This document shows, in pieces, positions 61,422 through 64,000 of a stretch of 64,000 nt of DNA. The position numbers and the translations under genes were made by a program. Numbering within the stretch: the first letter of the stretch is position 1; each line of letters starts with the position of its first letter. The notes under the pieces were generated by a model that saw only the letters and a list, made by a program, of their open reading frames with translations, was not told the DNA's origin and searched no databases. The DNA lies in assembly GCA_964446605.1 (NCBI GenBank), contig CAYUPN010000009.1, positions 1,721 to 65,720 on the forward strand. Direction: 5' to 3'. The stretch comes from an uncultured Bifidobacteriaceae bacterium. GTDB lineage: Bacteria; Acidobacteriota; Vicinamibacteria; Vicinamibacterales; JAENWD01.

Positions 61422-62345
61422 TCAGCAGAGCTCGACCGGATCATCGACCGCGATCTCGCCTTCGGACAGCACGTCCGCGTAGATCCCGAGCATCTGCCTG
61501 CCCTCGCGGACGATCGTCCTGAGCATCGACGCGTCCCGCTGAAGGGAACTCTGCGGCTGTGTGGGCACACTGCATCTCGGAGTGGGGATCGTGCCCCGCA
61601 CGATCACACCTCCGATTCGAATCTGCCGCCCGCACCAGCCAGTCTCGAGCGCGGGCGACCGGCCCGTGTCGACGAGCACGTTCGGACGAAAGCGCCGGAC
61701 GTTCCAGTCGGCATCGGGATTCGCACGCGTCATCGCCGCGAGAGACGAGGACGTGAGCAGGTGGATGGGCGCGACGTCGAAGTAGGTGCCAGGCGGGGAC
61801 ACGAACTCGAAGAGCTCTCCGGGCATCTGTCCGAAGTCCGGCAGGGGCTCGCCGGCCTCGCGGCCGAACTGCCGGCGGAGCGGCTCGTCGAGTCCCGTCG
61901 CCTCGAGGACGCGCTGGAGCGAGCGACGTCCCAGGCGAAAGCGTCCGAGTGCGGCCGCGACCGCCACGCCGCGGCCCGCGCGGCGGTAGTGATCCGTGTC
62001 GGTCGCGGGTCTGAGCGGCCAGAGCGAGGCGGGAGCGCCCACCAGCCTCGAGAGCGCGTCGGCGGTGGAGTCGCAGTCGCTCGACGTGATCGTGCCGTCG
62101 GGAAGCGTGATCTCGACGGGCCCGCCCGATTCGCCGGGCCGGCTCCGATACCGTGCCGAGCACTGGAGGAGGATCGGCCACTGCCTTGCGCTCCGGATCT
62201 CGCCTGCCGTATCGTCGCGGAGCGCCCAGCCGCGATCGCCCGCGAGACCGCTGGAGCCGACGGGGCTGGATTCGAGCGGTTCTCCCGCCATCGACTTGAC
62301 GGGATACCGCCAGATCTGAGCGACCCGACCGACTAGCACGGGCAC
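61422..62345 (-). CDS. MOSC domain-containing protein (MOSC_N beta-barrel plus MOSC)
   Basis: VGRVAQIWRYPVKSMAGE......GL.GDR.WA.RD. Confidence 0.8.
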   Translation of the reverse strand: MPVLVGRVAQIWRYPVKSMAGEPLESSPVGSSGLAGDRGWALRDDTAGEIRSARQWPILLQCSARYRSRPGESGGPVEITLPDGTITSSDCDSTADALSRLVGAPASLWPLRPATDTDHYRRAGRGVAVAAALGRFRLGRRSLQRVLEATGLDEPLRRQFGREAGEPLPDFGQMPGELFEFVSPPGTYFDVAPIHLLTSSSLAAMTRANPDADWNVRRFRPNVLVDTGRSPALETGWCGRQIRIGGVIVRGTIPTPRCSVPTQPQSSLQRDASMLRTIVREGRQMLGIYADVLSEGEIAVDDPVELC

Positions 62346-62374
62346 CTCGCATCGAGCGGGAGAGGCAGACCGAG

Positions 62375-62800
62375 ATGCAGCGCTACGAGAACCATCGCCA
62401 CAATCCCAGGCTCACCCGCATCGGCTTCATCCTGCTGTTCGTCGCCATCGCGAGCTTCGTTCTCAGGTTCTTCGACATTGGCGGGCGCTCCTCGATGGCG
62501 GTCGGGCTCGCTGCGCTCGTCGCCACCGTCTTCGTGCTCCTCCTGATCAGCCGAGTCTACGTCACGGCGCTGCAGGATCGCATCATCAAGCTGGAGATGG
62601 GGCTGAGGGCTTCGGCGCTTCTCCAGCCGGCACAGCTCGAGCAATTCCGGACGCTCTCGAAGCGTCAGGTGATCGCGCTGCGTTTCGCGTCGGACGCGGA
62701 GCTCCCGGAACTGGTGGAACGAGCGGCGCGGGAGTCGCTGAGCGGGACCGCCATCAAGAGGGCGATCAAGGAGTGGAGGCCGGATCTGGATCGGACGTAG
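62375..62800 (+). CDS. Small membrane protein (two TM helices; DUF-type, unassigned)
   Basis: 141 aa containing IGFILLFVAIASFVLRFF and AVGLAALVATVFVLLLI, followed by a helical soluble tail. Confidence 0.55.
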   Translation: MQRYENHRHNPRLTRIGFILLFVAIASFVLRFFDIGGRSSMAVGLAALVATVFVLLLISRVYVTALQDRIIKLEMGLRASALLQPAQLEQFRTLSKRQVIALRFASDAELPELVERAARESLSGTAIKRAIKEWRPDLDRT

Positions 62801-62951
62801 AGGTTGGCAAAGGGGCACGCGAGAGGAGCCAACTTGTATCGCTGGTCGCGTTGAACCCGACCGTCTGACCGGTGTTGCCGGCAGCGCTACTCCTACGCGC
62901 GACATCACGGTCACCAATGGTCCGAAGGCACGCGCCAGCCGAACGTGGCAG

Positions 62952-63272
62952 ATGATCCAGCGCCGTGGAATCATCCAGGCTGTGGAACGAGTGGTCGCGC
63001 GCCATGCGGACTCACAGGGTTACCGCACTCTGGAGCGCATGGGGTTGCAGCGCATGGCCTTCGAAGCGGTCGTGCTGAAGCATGAGCATGCGTTCAGCGC
63101 GAAGGCCGTGGCGCAAGCCCGTGCCCGCCTGGAGGCGTGGGAGTCCGGTGACCCGACCGGTGAAGTGTCACGGAGAGCGCCGTCGCTTCGTGTAAAAGCG
63201 CCAACTCGGTCCGGACCGAGCGACGTAATTGTCGCGACCCATTCGTCGATTTCACTTGACGCGTTTTTCTGA
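62952..63272 (+). CDS. Hypothetical protein in the lower-G+C patch
   Basis: 106-aa ORF whose first two thirds look coding (..GLQRMAFEAVVLKHEHAFSAKAVAQARARLEAW..). The tail has weak codon bias, and no RBS is seen. Confidence 0.3.
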   Translation: MIQRRGIIQAVERVVARHADSQGYRTLERMGLQRMAFEAVVLKHEHAFSAKAVAQARARLEAWESGDPTGEVSRRAPSLRVKAPTRSGPSDVIVATHSSISLDAFF

Positions 63273-63439
63273 GGCACTCGCGTTCCGTCCGGGTTCCGTC
63301 CTCAGATGCGCGTTCCGGTCCACCACGTCGCGCACGCGTAACGATCGCGCAACATGAAGCCACGGGCGTCACTTCGACGTGCGCTCGTGCAATGCACGCC
63401 CGTCTGAAGGGTCGCTGAACACGCATGTTATAGAAGGGC

Positions 63440-64000
63440 ATGACGACGTCGATCGCTGCGTTCGATGCCTTGTCGGATCAAGAGCTGCTCGCCAGCGTGC
63501 AGCGGCTCGCGCGAGACGAGCGGCGCGCCACGGTCTTGCTCATCGGGTCGCTGGCGGAGCTGGACGCGCGGCGGCTCTTCCTCGGCGAGGGCTGCTCGTC
63601 GCTGTTCACGTACTGCACGCGCGTGCTGCATCTGTCGGAGCACGCGGCCTACGGCCGGATTGAAGCGGCGCGCGCGGCACGCAGGTTCCCGGTCATCCTC
63701 GAGCGTCTGGCGGACGGATCGCTGACGCTGACGGCTGTCGGGCTGCTCGCGCCGCACCTGACCGCAGAGAACCATCTGGCGCTGCTGGATGCGGCACGTC
63801 ACCGGAGCAAGCGCGAGGTCCAGGAGCAGATCGCCGCGGTACGGCCGCAGCCGCCAGTGCCGCCGACCGTGCGCAAGCTGCCGGCACCCACGGCGCGCAC
63901 GGAGCCGTCCCGCGAAGCGGGCTCTTCCGGCAATCCCCTGATACCCGCGCTGGCATCTGAGCGCCCATCCTCACCACCTTCATCGCCGCCGCTGCCTCCC
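63440..64000 (+). CDS. HNH-endonuclease family protein (DUF222-like N-terminal region), 3' end outside the window
   Basis: The ATG at 63440 opens a frame to the window end; it is not in the ORF track because there is no stop. ..LSDQELLASVQRLARDERRATVLLIGSLAELDARRLFLGEGCSSLFTYCTRVLHLSEHAAYGRIEAARAARRFP...HRSKREV matches the N-terminal region of the widespread HNH endonuclease family. Confidence 0.7.
   Translation, partial: MTTSIAAFDALSDQELLASVQRLARDERRATVLLIGSLAELDARRLFLGEGCSSLFTYCTRVLHLSEHAAYGRIEAARAARRFPVILERLADGSLTLTAVGLLAPHLTAENHLALLDAARHRSKREVQEQIAAVRPQPPVPPTVRKLPAPTARTEPSREAGSSGNPLIPALASERPSSPPSSPPLPP

Noticed and set aside
62841-62860. GGTCGCGTTGAACCCGACC, which looks a little like a tRNA T-arm and could mark a tRNA fragment or att site.
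   Set aside because: The loop is 9 nt and lacks the TTCRANY consensus. No acceptor, D or anticodon arms can be drawn around it.

Overview
Very high-G+C bacterial chromosomal segment; G+C was judged by eye, not computed. The gene content (DUF1592/DUF1552 pair, PQQ-like beta-propellers, a CarboxypepD_reg TonB-dependent receptor, an M56-TonB fusion) suggests a soil Acidobacteriota/Gemmatimonadota/Planctomycetota-type organism, but I cannot verify this without a search. I support about 50 protein-coding genes and found no rRNA, tRNA, CRISPR array or transposase. All product calls rest on motif and family recognition, start-codon/RBS context and gene junctions, not on database hits. Many ORF-track entries are GC-rich antisense shadow ORFs, or stop-free read-throughs that fuse neighbouring genes; I re-delimited genes at internal starts, many of which overlap the upstream stop (ATGA or TGATG). 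Layout: (1) 1-11.7 kb holds secreted or periplasmic sugar-oxidation-type genes and a decayed oxidoreductase-GntR-DoxX operon. (2) 11.9-14.5 kb holds a tight operon of an eRF1/Vms1-like release-factor homolog, a 58-aa basic ORF missing from the track, a minimal nucleotidyltransferase and an EEP phosphoesterase; this is my top candidate for an undescribed system (stalled-ribosome / tRNA-end repair cassette). (3) 15.2-19.1 kb holds a zincin peptidase-PD40-Omp85 fusion and an OM beta-barrel. (4) 19.4-22.9 kb holds a split Tm-1-like pair, an alpha/beta hydrolase and a PEBP. (5) Next come a Ser/Thr kinase, an OM channel and YdcF. (6) 29.1-34.2 kb holds BlaI, an M56 sensor with two TonB C-terminal domains, and a TonB-dependent receptor. 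(7) 34.3-55.5 kb is a 12-gene, about 21 kb, translationally coupled minus-strand glycan-biosynthesis operon with several unusual fusions and a four-member paralog family. (8) 56-64 kb holds EEP, an ECF sigma/anti-sigma pair, NmrA, a GH10 xylanase, MOSC, a lower-G+C patch and a partial HNH-endonuclease gene. Intergenic spacers carry short tandem word arrays, including 12 phased GATC decamers, together with REP-like hairpins.
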